A stretch of DNA of 64,000 nt from Alphaproteobacteria bacterium (GTDB lineage: Bacteria; Pseudomonadota; Alphaproteobacteria; CALKHQ01). Shown piece by piece: positions 62,195 through 64,000 of this stretch (position 1 is its first letter; every line of letters starts with the position of its first letter). The notes under the pieces were generated by a model. That model saw nothing but the letters and a program-made list of their open reading frames with translations. It was not told where the DNA came from and made no database searches. Position numbers and translations under genes: made by a program. Where the stretch lies: assembly GCA_965227515.1 (NCBI GenBank), contig CBDDFZ010000002.1:1344001-1408000 (forward strand). The letters run 5' to 3'.

Positions 62195-63613
62195 ATGCAG
62201 GTTACCGAGACGCTCAACGAGGGGTTGAAGCGCGAGTTCAAGATCGTTCTCACCGCGGCCGAGGTCGGCGAGCGCATTGACGCGCGCCTGGACGAGATGG
62301 CCAAGACGTCCCACTTGCCCGGCTTTCGCAAGGGCAAGGCGCCGAAATCGCTGCTGAAGCGGCGGTTCGGCCAGGCGCTCTATGCGGAAGAGGTGCAGAA
62401 GGCCGTCGGCAGCAGCATCGACGAGACCATCTCCGATCGCGGCATCCGCCCGGCGACGCAGCCCAAGGTCGACGTGCAGTCGATCGAGCCGGACAAGGAC
62501 GTCGAGTTCACCGTGGCGCTGGAGCAGCTGCCTGAGATCGAAACAGGCGAGTTCGGTGACATCGAGCTGGAGCGGCTGACCGCGGAAGTGACCGACCAGG
62601 CCGTCTCCGACGCGCTGAAGAACATCGCCGACAACCAGAACCGGACCGAGACGGTGGAAGAGGCGCGCCCTGCGGCCACCGGCGACACGGTGGTGGTCGA
62701 CTATGTCGGCACCATCGACGGCACGCCCTTCGAGGGTGCGACGGCCGAAGGCGCCTTCATCGAGCTCGGCAACAATCAGTTGCTGCCCGAGTTCGACGAG
62801 AACCTGGCCGGCGTGAAGGTGGGCGAGGAAAAGACGTTCGACCTGAAGTTCCCGGACGATTACGGCAGCAAGGAGCTGGCCGGCGTCACCGCGCAGTTCA
62901 AGGTGAACGTGAAGGAGCTGCGCCAGAAGGTCGAGACCGCCATCGACGACGATTTCGCGAAGTCGCTGGGCGCGGAGAGCCTGGACGCGCTGACCAACAC
63001 GGTGCGCGACCAGATCGGCCAGGAATACCGCAAGATGGGGCGCGCCAAGGTGAAGCGCGACCTGCTTGACAAGCTGGCGGACCGCTACAATTTCCAGGTG
63101 CCGGAGAGCATGGTCGACCTTGAATTCGACCAGATCTGGCAACAAGTGGAGCATGCGCGCGAGCACGGCCACCCGGATGCCGAGGACGAGGGCAAGTCCG
63201 ACGATGAGCTGAAGGCCGAGTACCGCACGATCGCGGAGCGCCGGGTTCGGCTCGGCCTGTTGCTGTCGGAGGTCGGCCAGCAGAACAACATCGAGGTATC
63301 GCAGGAAGAGCTGACCCGCGCGCTGATCGACCTGGTGCGCCGCTACCCGGGCCAGGAGCAGGCCGTCTACGACCACTATCAGAAGAACCCGGAAGCCATG
63401 CAGTCTCTGCGCGGCCCGATCTTCGAGGACAAGGTGGTGGACTACGTGCTGGAACTGGCCAGCGTCAGCGAGCGCGAAGTCGACGTCGACGAGCTGGTCA
63501 AGGCCGCGTCGGGCAACGATGGGGACGGTGGCCACGATCATGACCACGACCATGATCATGACCATGACCATGACCACGATCATGGGGACGACGCCGAGAA
63601 GGGCGAGAAGTAG
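62195..63613 (+). CDS. tig: Trigger factor with His/Asp-repeat tail
   Basis: MQVTET, PGFRKGKAP ribosome-binding motif, FKBP domain, RRVRLGLLL. Confidence 0.97.
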   Translation: MQVTETLNEGLKREFKIVLTAAEVGERIDARLDEMAKTSHLPGFRKGKAPKSLLKRRFGQALYAEEVQKAVGSSIDETISDRGIRPATQPKVDVQSIEPDKDVEFTVALEQLPEIETGEFGDIELERLTAEVTDQAVSDALKNIADNQNRTETVEEARPAATGDTVVVDYVGTIDGTPFEGATAEGAFIELGNNQLLPEFDENLAGVKVGEEKTFDLKFPDDYGSKELAGVTAQFKVNVKELRQKVETAIDDDFAKSLGAESLDALTNTVRDQIGQEYRKMGRAKVKRDLLDKLADRYNFQVPESMVDLEFDQIWQQVEHAREHGHPDAEDEGKSDDELKAEYRTIAERRVRLGLLLSEVGQQNNIEVSQEELTRALIDLVRRYPGQEQAVYDHYQKNPEAMQSLRGPIFEDKVVDYVLELASVSEREVDVDELVKAASGNDGDGGHDHDHDHDHDHDHDHDHGDDAEKGEK

Positions 63614-63750
63614 GGGGGCGGCCGGCGGCAAGGACGTCTGACGGCGCGGCGTGCCCGGTGTGATGCCGGTGCCGCGGTCACAGGAGCCTGGAGCGATCCC
63701 AGAGCATTAAATCCAGCCGGTCGCGGACCGGCGGCAAGGAAGAGTCCGAC

Positions 63751-64000
63751 ATGCAGATGAACACCCTGGTTCCGATGGTGGTCGAACAGACCAGCCGTGG
63801 CGAGCGCGCCTTCGATATCTATTCGCGCCTGTTGAAGGAGCGCATCATTTTCATCACCGACGGCATCAACGACGCGGTGGCGAGCCTGGTGTGCGCGCAG
63901 TTGCTGTTCCTGGAGGCCGACAACCCCAGCAAGGACATCTCGCTCTACATCAACTCGCCGGGCGGCATCGTGACCTCGGGCCTGGCGATCTACGACACCA
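63751..64000 (+). CDS. clpP: ATP-dependent Clp protease proteolytic subunit (3' truncated)
   Basis: My translation: [34 protein letters not shown]...YINSPGG; follows tig. Confidence 0.95.
   Translation, partial: MQMNTLVPMVVEQTSRGERAFDIYSRLLKERIIFITDGINDAVASLVCAQLLFLEADNPSKDISLYINSPGGIVTSGLAIYDT

Overview
High-GC chromosomal segment, most consistent with a free-living alphaproteobacterium (Rhodospirillales-like gene order and repeats). Housekeeping blocks are: sugar ABC transporter plus acoABC; ptsN-hpf-rpoN-lptBAC-kdsD-rnd-tRNA-Leu; uppP, gltD-gltB and an fzlA-like GST; recG-sdhE-mfd; mmsA, nnr, tRNA-Leu, tig and partial clpP. Accessory material includes a VapBC pair, two tandem RTX Ca-binding proteins, an M91-like zinc peptidase and several palindromic repeat families. 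The most notable part is a roughly 18 kb divergently transcribed amide/urea-catabolic locus (31093-48931). One arm is ureE-ureF-ureAB-ureC-ureG-ureD plus a creatininase-family gene. Its UreC keeps all Ni ligands but has altered substrate-pocket residues. The other arm is an AmiC/Urt-type ABC transporter, aliphatic amidase AmiE, a CbbQ/CbbO-type AAA+/VWA pair with no Rubisco or NO reductase in the window, and an amidase-signature enzyme. Family calls come from motif recognition and recalled reference sequences, not from database searches. Several starts were moved from the ORF track to the likely true start codon.
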